Below, one piece after another: positions 29,406 through 39,197 of a stretch of DNA of 64,000 nt. The position numbers and the translations under genes are program-made. This DNA is from a candidate division WOR-3 bacterium (lineage in GTDB: Bacteria > Hydrothermota > Tepidihabitantia > Tepidihabitantales > Tepidihabitantaceae): the NCBI GenBank assembly GCA_965648905.1, contig CBFGIT010000001.1:64001-128000 (forward strand), written 5' to 3'. How positions within the stretch are numbered: the stretch's first letter is position 1; each line of letters opens with the position of its first letter. The notes under the pieces are model-generated. The model saw nothing but the letters and a program-made list of their open reading frames with translations. It had not been told where the DNA came from and did not search any database.

Positions 29406-30265
29406 TCCTCAAACAGAGCCCGGGCAAAGGCCGCCGGGTCGAACTCATCAAGGTCGTCGATCGTCTCGCCGGTACCGATGAACCGGATCGGTACACCGAG
29501 TTCCATGACCACCGGCACAAGCACGCCGCCGCGCGCTGTGCCGTCGAGTTTCGTGACCACGAGCCCGGTCAACCGGAGACGTTCGTTGAAAGCCTGGGCC
29601 TGACGCAGCCCGTTCTGCCCGACGGTCGCATCAAGCACGAGCCAGACGTCGTCCGGCGCACCGGGCTTGAGCCGGGCACACACCCGCTGAATCTTGACGA
29701 CCTCATCCATCAAGTCCTGACGGGTGTGGAGCCGGCCCGCGGTGTCGATGAGCACGATGTCGAGGTTTCGGCTGAGCGCTTTCTGGACCGCGTCGAACGC
29801 CACGGCGGCAGCGTCCTGGCCCTGAGCCGAGAACACGATTTCGACCTCGGCGCGCTCGGCCCAGACCCCAAGCTGGCGGGAAGCAGCGTCACGGTACGTG
29901 TCCGCCGCGGCCACGACCACGCGCCGGCCGTCACGGACAAAGTAGCGACAGAGCTTGCCGACCGTGGTTGTCTTGCCCGAGCCGTTGACACCGACCAGCA
30001 TGATGACACGAGGAACCGTAAGTGACGAGTCACGAATGACCGGCACGGAAGGCGTGAGCAGTCGGGTGATCTCGGCCTCGAGCGCGGCCCGCCGGTCCGA
30101 ACCGGCGTGTTCGATCCGGTCGAGCAGGAGTCCGGTGGCCTTGACGCCGACGTCGGTTGAGAGGAGCAGTTCCTCCAGCTCGGTCGTGTCAGCAGCAACC
30201 AGCAGACGCCGAAACGCCTTGCGGGTCCTGCTCAAGCCGGCTTTCAGCCGATCGAAAAGAGTCAC
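29402..30265 (-). CDS. ftsY: Signal recognition particle receptor FtsY
   Basis: GVNGSGKTTT, DTYR, DTAGR, TKLDGTARGG. Confidence 0.96.
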   Translation of the reverse strand: MTLFDRLKAGLSRTRKAFRRLLVAADTTELEELLLSTDVGVKATGLLLDRIEHAGSDRRAALEAEITRLLTPSVPVIRDSSLTVPRVIMLVGVNGSGKTTTVGKLCRYFVRDGRRVVVAAADTYRDAASRQLGVWAERAEVEIVFSAQGQDAAAVAFDAVQKALSRNLDIVLIDTAGRLHTRQDLMDEVVKIQRVCARLKPGAPDDVWLVLDATVGQNGLRQAQAFNERLRLTGLVVTKLDGTARGGVLVPVVMELGVPIRFIGTGETIDDLDEFDPAAFARALFEE

Positions 30266-30308
30266 CAGGCAGAAGTCAGAAGGCAGAAATCAGAAGGCAG
30301 AATGGCGG

Positions 30309-33300
30309 TCATGCGGGCGCTGGTTCGGGTTCGGGCGTGCGGTATCCGGCGAGTTTGACCGAGATGAGTTTCGAGATGCCCGGTTCTTCCGCGGTGACCC
30401 CGAAGACGACGTCGGCCCGTTCGACCGTCAAACGGTTGTGAGTGATGATGACGACCTGGGTGGCGTGGGCGATGCGGCGCAGGTAGTCGGCGAAGCGGGC
30501 CGCGTTGGCGTCGTCGAGCGGAGCGTCGACTTCGTCCAAGAAGCAGAAGGGTGCCGGGGTAACCTGGTAGAGGGCGAAGAGGAGCGAGAGGGCAAGGAGG
30601 GCTTTTTCGCCGTCGGAGAGCTGTTCGAGGCGTTTGGGGTTCTTGCCCCGAGGTTTGGCAATGATGGCGATTTCCGATTCGAGGGGGTTGGCTTCGTCGA
30701 GGAGAACCAGGTCGGCTTCGCCTTCGAGGAAGAGCTGTTTGAAGGCCTGCTGGAATCCGGCCCGGACGCCGGAGTAAGTCGCGAGGAACTGGTCGCGGGC
30801 GTGCTGGTCGATTTCGGCAAGGGTCTGGTTGAGGTTGAGCCGGGCCTGAGCGACGTCCTCGCGCTGGCGGCGGAGGTTCTGGAGGTCGAGCTTCTCCCGG
30901 CTGTAGTCGGTGTCGGCAAGGGGGTTGACCTGACCGAGTGCAAGGAGGCGCTGGCGCAGGGCAGCGAGGCGGGCGGCAGCGTCGGGCAGGGTCTGAGGCT
31001 GGAGCCGGGTGATGTCGGTGCCGCAGGTCGTTTTCGCCTCGTCGGCGATTGCCGCGAGGCGCAGGGCGATTTCGCGGAGCCGGAGCCGCTGGTCGAGGAG
31101 CAGGGATTGCTCACGTTCCTGGCCGGCGCGGAGTTCGCTCAGGTTCTGTTCGAGTTCTTCTTCGGACTGGGCAAGGTCGGCAAACTGGAGCCGGTCTAGT
31201 TCGGCTTCGAGGTGCAGAAGCTGGTGGCGGGCCTGGTCGAGTTCGAGCGCAGCGTCGGCGGTCTGGCGTTCGAGGGCGGCGGCATCGTCATGGCAGTTGG
31301 CGGCGGTGAGTTCGAGTTCGGCGATGCGGCGGCGCGCCTCGTCAATCTGACGTTTGGCAAAGGCGCTCTCGATTTCGAGGCGGGAGAGGGTCTCGCGCGC
31401 GCGGCCGAGTTCGGCGAGGAGTTCGGCCGATCGTTCGAGTCCGGCGCGAACCAGTTGTTCCTGGGCCGCGACGTCCTGACCCGACTGCTCGAGCAGTGCT
31501 GCCGTTGCCTCAACCCGGGATGAGTTCTGGGCGAGCCGGGTCTGGACATCGGAGAGTGAAGCCGGGGCAGAGCAGGACCGGCCCGGGCGGGCCTGGAGAC
31601 GTTCGTGTTCGCGTTCGAGTTCGTCAACCTGAGCCGCCAGGGCACTGCGGAGGGCGTCCTGGGTATGAGCCTGGCGCTGGAGGTCGGCCAGCTCGACCTC
31701 GCGCACGCCCAGGTCGTTCTCAATTTCGTCGCGGCGCTGAAGAAGCTGCGCTTCGTCGGATGAGAGCCGGGCCTGTTCGGTTTCGATTTCGGCGAGGCGG
31801 CGGAGATGCTCATCGCCGAGCCGCGGCGCGCCGAACGGGCCGGGACCGGTTCCGGCAATGATGAGTCGGCCATCGCTTGAGCGGCACCAGCCGTCCTGGG
31901 TTACGAAGGACCAGTCCGGATGAGCCGCGGCCAGGCGGTCAAGGTCGGCAACGCCGGCCACAACCAGACAGCGCCGAACCATGGCGACGAGGGGCGCAGG
32001 CGTGAGCGGGTCGAAGTCGACGTACTGGACCAGCGGCGAGAGGATGGCGTCGTCTTCGGGCGGAGCAGGCGAGGCAGAGTGCGGCGTATCGGAGGAAGGC
32101 GGGGAGGTGAAGGTGAAAAACCCGAAGGTGAGGTCGGGCCGGGCCTGGACTAGGGCAGTAATCCGTTCTGAGTCGGGGCCAAGAGTGGTGACGAGGAAGT
32201 CGGCGACCGAGTGCAGCGCCGCCTCAAATGCACGTTCCCAGCCCGGACGGATCGAGAGGAATTGACTGACGCTGCCGAACAGGGTGTCGCCGAGCAGGGT
32301 CCGGCAGACTTCGGCCTGGTCGGCCCGAGTTCGGGTTCTGAGCACGGCGAGGTCGGTTTCGCGCCGGACCCGTTCCTGATTGAGGCGGGTGTGGGCGTTC
32401 CGGAGGTCTTTGAGCCGCTGGTTCAGGCCAGCCAGTTCGGTGCGCAGGGTTTCGGTGCGCCGGCAGATGGCCGCGACACTTTCGCGGAGCACGGCCCGAG
32501 TCGCGTCGGCCTGCTCAAGTGCGGCCCGGGTCTCGGTCAGTCGGGCCGCAAGCGCGGCCTGTTCTTCGGCCAGCCGGGCCTGTTCCTCCGACTCGTTCTC
32601 CTTCAGCGCCTCGACCCGGGCGAGTTCGGCCTGGAGCGCGGCCTGCTGTTCCATGAGGTCCTTGAGCTGGTGCTGCAGCGCCGCGTCGTGGTTCTTGAGG
32701 CTGTAGAGCTTTTCTTCTCCGGCCCGAGTCGCCGACCGCTCGGCTTCAAGTGTCTGCTGATACCGGGCTACCAGTTCGCCGGCTTCGGCCAGCCGGGCAA
32801 TGGTCCCGGCAAAGGCCTGTTCGAGCCGGGCAACACTTTCCAAGAGAACCTGGCGTTCCTGGTCGGTGCGGGCCGCGGCCGCGGCAAGGAAGTCAATCCG
32901 CTGCCGGGCCAGCAGAATCCTGCCCTCGAGTTCGGCAACGACCCGGCGTTGCTCGTGCACCCGGCCGGCGGCCTGGTCCCGAGTCGCCTGAAGGTCGCGG
33001 AGTCTGGCCCGCTGGGTCTTGAGCGTCTCGTCGAGCCGGTGGATTTCATTGATGCGGGCACTGGCTGCCTGTTCCAGGACGCGGGCATCGGCCTGAAGAC
33101 GAGCCTGCTCGCGCTCGAGTTCGTCGTATTCTTCCTTGAGCGCGGCCAGGCGCAGCTCGTTTTCCTCGGCCCGGAGCCGGTTGTGGGCCCGGAGCCGGGC
33201 GGCCTGACGAGCAAGGCTGCGCACGAGCCGCTCGCGCTCGGCAATGATGTCGTCAAGGCGGAGAAGGTCGGCCTCGGTCAGGGCGAGTTTGCGTTGACAT

Positions 33301-33812
33301 TCGTCTTTGGCGTCCTGGTACTTGGCCAGGGTCGCGGCCTCCTCGAACATCTTACGGATGTTGCCCGAGATGATTTCGCGCATCTGACGGAGGTCGAAGA
33401 TTGAGTAGGCACGGGTGCCGGTGCCCGAGGACAGAAAGACGTCCTGAATATCCTTGAGCCGGCAGGGTTGACGGTTGAGGAAGTACTCGCTTTCTCCCGA
33501 GCGGAAGTAACGCCGGCGGATTTCGATCTCTGAGGCTGGCCCGGCGTCGTCGTCCGCGGCCAGTACCAGTCTGACCTCGGCGTAGTTGGTCGGCGGAACG
33601 GTGGCGGTGCCGCCGAAAACAACGTCTTCGTTACGGCCACAGCGCAGCAGGGAGAACGACTGCTCGCCGAGAACCCAGCGCAACGAGTCGAGCACATTGG
33701 TCTTGCCGCAGCCATTGGGCCCGACAATCGCATTGATGCCCGGCGCGAAGCGCAGTACGGTCCTTTCCTGGAAAGACTTGAAGCCGATGAGCACGAGCTC
33801 GCGGATGCGCAC
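30309..33812 (-). CDS. smc: Chromosome segregation protein SMC
   Basis: GFKSF, GPNGCGKT, long coiled coils, LSDGEK, LDEVDAPLD, ITHN. Start moved to GTG 33812, just after TTGACT-17-TATATT. Confidence 0.93.
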   Translation of the reverse strand: MRIRELVLIGFKSFQERTVLRFAPGINAIVGPNGCGKTNVLDSLRWVLGEQSFSLLRCGRNEDVVFGGTATVPPTNYAEVRLVLAADDDAGPASEIEIRRRYFRSGESEYFLNRQPCRLKDIQDVFLSSGTGTRAYSIFDLRQMREIISGNIRKMFEEAATLAKYQDAKDECQRKLALTEADLLRLDDIIAERERLVRSLARQAARLRAHNRLRAEENELRLAALKEEYDELEREQARLQADARVLEQAASARINEIHRLDETLKTQRARLRDLQATRDQAAGRVHEQRRVVAELEGRILLARQRIDFLAAAAARTDQERQVLLESVARLEQAFAGTIARLAEAGELVARYQQTLEAERSATRAGEEKLYSLKNHDAALQHQLKDLMEQQAALQAELARVEALKENESEEQARLAEEQAALAARLTETRAALEQADATRAVLRESVAAICRRTETLRTELAGLNQRLKDLRNAHTRLNQERVRRETDLAVLRTRTRADQAEVCRTLLGDTLFGSVSQFLSIRPGWERAFEAALHSVADFLVTTLGPDSERITALVQARPDLTFGFFTFTSPPSSDTPHSASPAPPEDDAILSPLVQYVDFDPLTPAPLVAMVRRCLVVAGVADLDRLAAAHPDWSFVTQDGWCRSSDGRLIIAGTGPGPFGAPRLGDEHLRRLAEIETEQARLSSDEAQLLQRRDEIENDLGVREVELADLQRQAHTQDALRSALAAQVDELEREHERLQARPGRSCSAPASLSDVQTRLAQNSSRVEATAALLEQSGQDVAAQEQLVRAGLERSAELLAELGRARETLSRLEIESAFAKRQIDEARRRIAELELTAANCHDDAAALERQTADAALELDQARHQLLHLEAELDRLQFADLAQSEEELEQNLSELRAGQEREQSLLLDQRLRLREIALRLAAIADEAKTTCGTDITRLQPQTLPDAAARLAALRQRLLALGQVNPLADTDYSREKLDLQNLRRQREDVAQARLNLNQTLAEIDQHARDQFLATYSGVRAGFQQAFKQLFLEGEADLVLLDEANPLESEIAIIAKPRGKNPKRLEQLSDGEKALLALSLLFALYQVTPAPFCFLDEVDAPLDDANAARFADYLRRIAHATQVVIITHNRLTVERADVVFGVTAEEPGISKLISVKLAGYRTPEPEPAPA

Positions 33813-33880
33813 GAGCAAATATAGAAACCTCGTCCGCACAAGTCAACTGACGCTTGAACTGAATCGGCTGCGACCGAGCG

Positions 33881-35005
33881 TCAGGGAGCCGGGGCTCGGG
33901 GCGGATTGCGCATCCTGAGCTCGGCAAGGCGCGTCGCCAGGGTGGCGCTGTCCATGCCGGTGGTGTCGAACGGTAGTCTATCGCCCGAGTCGGAAACGGG
34001 CAGCACATGGTCGGCCGTAACGTAAGCCGGGACCGAGAAGTTCTGCTGAGTCATGAAGTCGAGCGCGTCAAGTTCGGCCTCATCGTGAAGGAATGCCCGG
34101 GCCTGTTTCTCGATTTCACGATAGACCGGCAGGTAGCAGGATAAGGTCATGCCGTAGCGGTTGAGGGTGACGTCGGCTCCGTACCCGACCAGCACCGCCG
34201 GTCTGATGGCGGCCGGTTGGAATCCGGCCCGGCGGAGCTGGCCGGCAATCTGGTTGACTTCCGGGCCGGTCAGGTCGGTGTCCGGGCCGAGAACTGCCAG
34301 GACCCGGCGCAGCAGACCGTCACCGAGGCGGGTATTGGCCAGCCACCAGGTACGGCAGATAATCTGTTTCACCAGCGTGACCGCGTTGCGACAGCGGTCA
34401 ACATCGTCGAAAGGCAGGTTGTTGCGTTGCCGGGCCAGCTTGAGTGCGGCTTCGCGGTCAGCGAGCCGCCGACCACGGACATCGAGCACGCCGACAAACG
34501 AACGGAGCAGGTCATAGACGATGCGGAACGAGTCGAAGTCAAAGGCAATCGAGCGGTGGATAGCGATGCCGAGCAGATGCTCGAGGGTCCGGCGCAGCAG
34601 TTGGTCGCCGCCGATGGCATAGGTGTGGTTGACCTTCTCCATGTTGGCGAAGTCGACGGCCGAGGCGGCACGGGTGATGCCGGGTACCTCGACCAGCAGG
34701 TCGCGCGGCACTGCGACCAGATTGACCGCAGGCCGGTCGAAGTTGATGTGGCCGATGATGATGATGTCGGAATGGGATCGTTCTTCCCGTCTGATGCGGA
34801 TGGTGCCGCGGTCTTCGGACGGATTCAGCGCCCGGGCGTCTTTGCCGACGATAAGGATATTCAGGCTGCCGGTCGGGCCGGTCGGCAAGGCATCGGTGTG
34901 CTGGGTCCGGGAAGGCAGGAAGAGATAGAGCGCCGCACCGAGCAGGATGACCGAAAGCAGGACCAATGCCGGCATGAGCAACCCGCGGTGTTTCTTCATC
35001 CGCAC
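33881..35005 (-). CDS. LytR-CpsA-Psr (LCP) family protein
   Basis: N-terminal TM, NILIVG.D, SD.I, VPRD, KVN..Y. Confidence 0.8.
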   Translation of the reverse strand: MRMKKHRGLLMPALVLLSVILLGAALYLFLPSRTQHTDALPTGPTGSLNILIVGKDARALNPSEDRGTIRIRREERSHSDIIIIGHINFDRPAVNLVAVPRDLLVEVPGITRAASAVDFANMEKVNHTYAIGGDQLLRRTLEHLLGIAIHRSIAFDFDSFRIVYDLLRSFVGVLDVRGRRLADREAALKLARQRNNLPFDDVDRCRNAVTLVKQIICRTWWLANTRLGDGLLRRVLAVLGPDTDLTGPEVNQIAGQLRRAGFQPAAIRPAVLVGYGADVTLNRYGMTLSCYLPVYREIEKQARAFLHDEAELDALDFMTQQNFSVPAYVTADHVLPVSDSGDRLPFDTTGMDSATLATRLAELRMRNPPRAPAP

Positions 35006-36286
35006 CTAGTCGGCGACGCTCAGCCGAATCGGGTAGCCGGCGAACCTGACCAGCTTCCTCAATTCCGAGGCCGCGAACCGCTCCCAGGCCGGGTCGAGAG
35101 CGCAGGGCCGACTCAGCCGCAGAAGAAAACGGGGCGGCCGGATTCCGACCTGGCTCAGTCCCAGGACCCGCACGTCAGGCCGGGGTGGGTGGGACTCAAG
35201 TCGGGGCAGGACGTCCTGACGCAGCCGTGAGCGGGGAATCGTCTTCGCGCCCGAATCCCATACCCGGCCGGCACGGCGCACGATTTCACTGACACCCTGG
35301 CCGTGCAAGACCGAGGAGAAGACGACCGGCACATGGCTGACAAAAGCCAGCTCCTTCTTCACCCAGGCACGCACCAACTCCCTCTTGTCCTCGGGAACAA
35401 GGTCCAGCTTGTTGGCGACGATGACCATGCCTTTGTTCCGCTCTTCGACCAGGTTGACCACGCGCTTGTCCTGGTTGGTCGGCCCGTCAAATGCATCGAA
35501 CATCACTAGGGCGACGTCGCAGCGCTCAATCTGGTCAATCGCCCGAGTTACTGAGTAGTACTCGACCGCCTCTCTGACCCTGGGCTTGCGGCGGATACCA
35601 GCAGTGTCGAGCAGCCGCCAGACCCGGCCGTCAAGCTCGAACTCGTCTTCGACCACATCGCGGGTTGTGCCCGGCGTGGCGGTCACGATTGAGCGCTGCC
35701 GACCGAGCAGCGCATTGAGGAGAGATGACTTGCCGACATTGGGCCGGCCGAGGATCGCCAAGACCAGTGCGGCGGGGGTCGAGCTGCGACCAACTGAAGG
35801 GAGGCGGGCCACGACCGCGTCGAGTAGTTCGTCAACGCCGGTTCCCTGCTCCGCGGACATCGGCACCACGAGTTCGGCACCAAGTTTGTGGAACTCGCCG
35901 GAGTCAAAGACCCGCTTTCGGTCGAGCTTGTTGACGGCAACGATGAAACGACGCCCGGCCCGGCGCAGGCGCGCCGCGATTTCTTCGTCGAGCGGCGCAA
36001 GCCCGGCAGCACCGTCGGTGACAAGCACGATTACCCGGGCGTCGGACAAGGCAATCTGAACCTGGCGCTCGACTTCCCGCGCGATTTCCTCGGCCGAATC
36101 CGGCACCAGCCCGCCGGTATCGACGACCTTGAATCGGCGGCCGAGCCAGTCTGCTTCGCGGATGATACGGTCTCGGGTGATACCCGGCTGCTGGAGCGTA
36201 ATGGCAACCCGACCGCCCACCAGGCGGTTGAAGAGCGTTGACTTGCCGGTATTGGGCCGGCCGACGAGAACGACGATGAAGGCTAT
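35006..36286 (-). CDS. der: Ribosome biogenesis GTPase Der (EngA); start codon non-canonical or uncertain
   Basis: Two GTPase domains. The first P-loop (GRPNTGKSTLFN) lies in frame upstream of the ORF-track start 36220. Second domain GRPNVGKSS, DTAG, NKLD. Confidence 0.92.
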   Translation of the reverse strand: MAFIVVLVGRPNTGKSTLFNRLVGGRVAITLQQPGITRDRIIREADWLGRRFKVVDTGGLVPDSAEEIAREVERQVQIALSDARVIVLVTDGAAGLAPLDEEIAARLRRAGRRFIVAVNKLDRKRVFDSGEFHKLGAELVVPMSAEQGTGVDELLDAVVARLPSVGRSSTPAALVLAILGRPNVGKSSLLNALLGRQRSIVTATPGTTRDVVEDEFELDGRVWRLLDTAGIRRKPRVREAVEYYSVTRAIDQIERCDVALVMFDAFDGPTNQDKRVVNLVEERNKGMVIVANKLDLVPEDKRELVRAWVKKELAFVSHVPVVFSSVLHGQGVSEIVRRAGRVWDSGAKTIPRSRLRQDVLPRLESHPPRPDVRVLGLSQVGIRPPRFLLRLSRPCALDPAWERFAASELRKLVRFAGYPIRLSVAD

Positions 36287-36347
36287 TATAGACTAACCCG
36301 GACCGAAGCCAAGTTTGGCCCGGGCGGATCTCTCGGCCGCTACTCAG

Positions 36348-37085
36348 CTAAGTAGCCTGCGTTCGGCCTGACCTTGCGGCCTTGGCCCAAGCCTCGCAGG
36401 ACCGGGGGTTGTAGAGCACCGTGGTGCCGGTTCGGCTGGCTGCGCCCGGGCCGAACCCGGCGCTGTCCTGTCCGGCGGCGGCATCAACAAGATGACGACA
36501 CTCGTGGCCCGGGCGGCAGAAGTGATGAGGCAGGTACTCGAAATATCCGGGCAGACCGTTGCCGGGTAGACAGGCAAGAGCGAGATGGTCCGGTTCGAGT
36601 CTCTGCACGAGATCAGGCATGTTTGTGTATCGGGGCAGCTCGGAGAGCTCCAGTCCGACCGTCCTGAACCCGGCGTCGCGGAGAACGGCAAACTGATGCT
36701 CCAGGTCGCTGGTCCTGGTCGCCCGCAGTTCAACCCGGTCAAACCCGGACTCGAACAGGACCTTGGCTCGACCGGTGTCTACGGTCTCGGGCAGCACGAC
36801 CAAGGTTTGTTCGACCGGCAAAATGGAGACCGAGTCGTAGAGCACCTGGAGGATGCGGTAGAGCTGGTTCAGGCTCAGGCAGGACGGGCCGCACCCGCCG
36901 AAGTAGACTGTGCTGAAAGTACGACCTTTGAGTGCCGGCGCTCGAGCAGCAATCTCCCGGCAGAGCGCCGAAACGAACCTGTCTCCGGCCTGGGGGGAGA
37001 ACTCGACCGGACGAACGCCGGTGCGCCAGTCCGGTTCCTGACCAAACGGCACGGAGACAAACACGCCGCCGGCCGGTTTGGCCAT
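36348..37085 (-). CDS. Degenerate HemN/HemW-like protein lacking the radical-SAM Cys motif
   Basis: VSVPFG...TVYFGGCGPS.L resembles the HemW N-terminus, but CxxxCxxC is absent and the protein is short. Confidence 0.55.
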   Translation of the reverse strand: MAKPAGGVFVSVPFGQEPDWRTGVRPVEFSPQAGDRFVSALCREIAARAPALKGRTFSTVYFGGCGPSCLSLNQLYRILQVLYDSVSILPVEQTLVVLPETVDTGRAKVLFESGFDRVELRATRTSDLEHQFAVLRDAGFRTVGLELSELPRYTNMPDLVQRLEPDHLALACLPGNGLPGYFEYLPHHFCRPGHECRHLVDAAAGQDSAGFGPGAASRTGTTVLYNPRSCEAWAKAARSGRTQAT

Positions 37086-37094
37086 CTGCCTGCT

Positions 37095-37904
37095 CTAGCG
37101 GACGATGCGGCCAATGCGACTCAGCCGCACGGCCCACGGCGACAGGACGATGCGGGCAATGTTCGGTGCGGCCGACGACGAGAAGTAGAGGACGAGCGGC
37201 TTGCCCTTGAGGTGCCTCAGTTCGAGCGGGCCCCAGAACCGCGCATCTTCAGAGTTATCGCGATTGTCGCCCATCACGAAGATACAGCCTTCCGGCACAA
37301 CCACCGGGCCGAACCGGTCGCGGATATAGGGCGACAGTTCAGTCTGGTAGAACCGCCGGTCCTGCCACAGTCGGGCGAAGTCGGCCGGCATCGGGTCGAA
37401 CCCGGGCAAGGTGCGGTAGTCCTTATGCACGACGAACGGCTCAGATTGGAGCCGGCCGTTGATATGAAGCTGTTTGTCACGGTACTCGACCGTGTCGCCG
37501 GCCACGGCCACACAGCGCTTGATGAAGTTACGCGGCACGTACCAGTTGAAGAAACGGGTCTGCCGGTCCCAGAACAGGGGCAGAAGCTGCAGCCCGGGTG
37601 GAAAGAGCCGGACAAAACGCTCAGGCGGACCGGGCAGGTCGCCATCCACCGGGAACCGGAATACGACGATGTCACCGCGCTTCGGGCTGGACACAGGGAC
37701 CACGGTCCGGTCGGAGAAAGGCAGTTTCACGCCGTAGACGAACTTGTTGACGAGCATGAAATCGCCGATGAGGATCGTGTCCTCCATCGAGCCGGTCGGG
37801 ACCATGAACGCCTCAACGAGGAAAGAGCGGATGAGCAGGACCGCGAGGATGACCGGGGTCCATTCCCGGGCGAAGTTCCTGACCGACGAGCCAAGACGCT
37901 TCAT
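37095..37904 (-). CDS. lepB: Signal peptidase I
   Basis: VPTGSM, GDIVVF, FIKRCV, GDNRDNSEDARFWG. Start moved to ATG 37904 because TTG 37967 is the -35 box. Confidence 0.95.
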   Translation of the reverse strand: MKRLGSSVRNFAREWTPVILAVLLIRSFLVEAFMVPTGSMEDTILIGDFMLVNKFVYGVKLPFSDRTVVPVSSPKRGDIVVFRFPVDGDLPGPPERFVRLFPPGLQLLPLFWDRQTRFFNWYVPRNFIKRCVAVAGDTVEYRDKQLHINGRLQSEPFVVHKDYRTLPGFDPMPADFARLWQDRRFYQTELSPYIRDRFGPVVVPEGCIFVMGDNRDNSEDARFWGPLELRHLKGKPLVLYFSSSAAPNIARIVLSPWAVRLSRIGRIVR

Positions 37905-37938
37905 CAGGTAGAACCGTGGCAGCAGAGCATAACCTGTC

Positions 37939-37967
37939 AGTATAGAACCCAGCTCAGGTTGCGTCAA
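37939..37967 (-). promoter_or_regulatory. Sigma70-like promoter of lepB
   Basis: TTGACG-17 nt-TATACT. Confidence 0.65.
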
Positions 37968-38015
37968 GCCAGGCCACCAGCCCCTAGTTCCGACATTGGG
38001 ACCTCGATTCCGGTG

Positions 38016-38110
38016 AAAAAAGAAGCTGCTCCCCTCGTATCACCTGCGTCCAAACACTATATGACAGTTCACCCGTCAGGTGAAGAAAGGAGCAGCCAGA
38101 TGTTTAGACC
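38016..38110 (-). ncRNA. Candidate structured small RNA ending in hairpin plus U tract
   Basis: Long stem GCUGCUCCUUUC/GAGGGGAGCAGC and UCACCUG/CAGGUGA, then U6. Mismatches resolve as G-U only on the minus strand. Confidence 0.4.
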
Positions 38111-39197
38111 AATGCTAACCCAGAAACGGCTCGACTTCCAGCTTGCGCCAACCTCCGATACTATCACCAGTCGGGCCTGCCCGCGCCCAGGCAGGCGGGC
38201 AGGTCTGGCCCTGTTTTCAGGAAGCCGCGCTGGCACTGGGTGTCCGCAGGAGCCATCTTGGCAGTCGATTCTCACTCTGCCTTCGGCCTTTGTCCGCACT
38301 CCTGCCTCCTTTCGTCTTTTCTGCACCTCTGCCATTCTGCACTCTGCAATCTGTATTCTGCCTTCGTCCTACCATATGACCATCCCCTGGCTGGTAAGGG
38401 GGACGGTTCCCCTTTCGGAACCCCCTGCCCCGACCCCGGCCGAAACCCGTTGGGCAGCCCCAGGCGAAGCGGCTACGCCTTCCCCTGCCCCAGTCCTTTC
38501 GGCAACCCCTGCGCCTGTCGCCGCCCCGGGGGGTTCGGCGGCCCGCGCCCAGGCCCGATGCGTTCGCGGGTCCCCAACCCAGACCCAGACCGGTGCCGAC
38601 CCCCCTGCCCATCCGCCCGCGCCTCCCCTTGCCCAGACCACCGCAGTACCCCTCAGCCCGGCAGAGAAGACGACACCAGAGACCATCCGGACCATCCGGT
38701 TTGCCCGCAAGCGTCTGATAACGGCCGATGCCACAAATGTGTCCGCACTCCGAAACCCATCAGACGACGGTCTACTTAGTCAATCGGACTACCAACCGCG
38801 TGATCCCATCAAGTCCGAAGCTCAATATCGGGATTGGGGACCAGGGGGCCGGAATCTCTCCTGTCGTGGTCACGATTCCGGCAGCGGGCAGAGCAGTCCT
38901 ACCGCTTCTCTCACCACTGCCCACGCGAGCGCTGCCAGACCCGGTGTCGAGTCCGGCCCTGCGCACGACCGCCAACCTGCCCCCGGACCAGCCTTGGGGC
39001 CCGCAACCGCAACCGGCAGCCCTGATGCTGCCCGTCCTGCAACCGCACCCGCCGCCACAACCGGCAAGACATCTGACTCCAGCTCCGACGCGGCAGATGC
39101 CGGCCCAGCCGGCTTCTCGCCCGAACTCGGGTTCGGCAAGGGGAGCCACTCCCCCACTCGCTCCCAGAGCCACCCGAAAGACCCGGCGCGAAACTGA
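38100..39197 (+). CDS. Possible Pro/Ala/Thr-rich low-complexity hypothetical protein
   Basis: AAAGGAG RBS before ATG 38100 and an open frame to 39197. Includes a heptamer tract and CCCCTGCCC-like repeats, so it may be non-coding. Confidence 0.25.
   Translation: MFRPMLTQKRLDFQLAPTSDTITSRACPRPGRRAGLALFSGSRAGTGCPQEPSWQSILTLPSAFVRTPASFRLFCTSAILHSAICILPSSYHMTIPWLVRGTVPLSEPPAPTPAETRWAAPGEAATPSPAPVLSATPAPVAAPGGSAARAQARCVRGSPTQTQTGADPPAHPPAPPLAQTTAVPLSPAEKTTPETIRTIRFARKRLITADATNVSALRNPSDDGLLSQSDYQPRDPIKSEAQYRDWGPGGRNLSCRGHDSGSGQSSPTASLTTAHASAARPGVESGPAHDRQPAPGPALGPATATGSPDAARPATAPAATTGKTSDSSSDAADAGPAGFSPELGFGKGSHSPTRSQSHPKDPARN

Noticed and set aside
36585..39197. 870-aa + strand ORF
   Set aside because: Its first 500 codons are antisense to lepB and the HemW-like gene. 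Only the part from ATG 38100 is kept, at low confidence.
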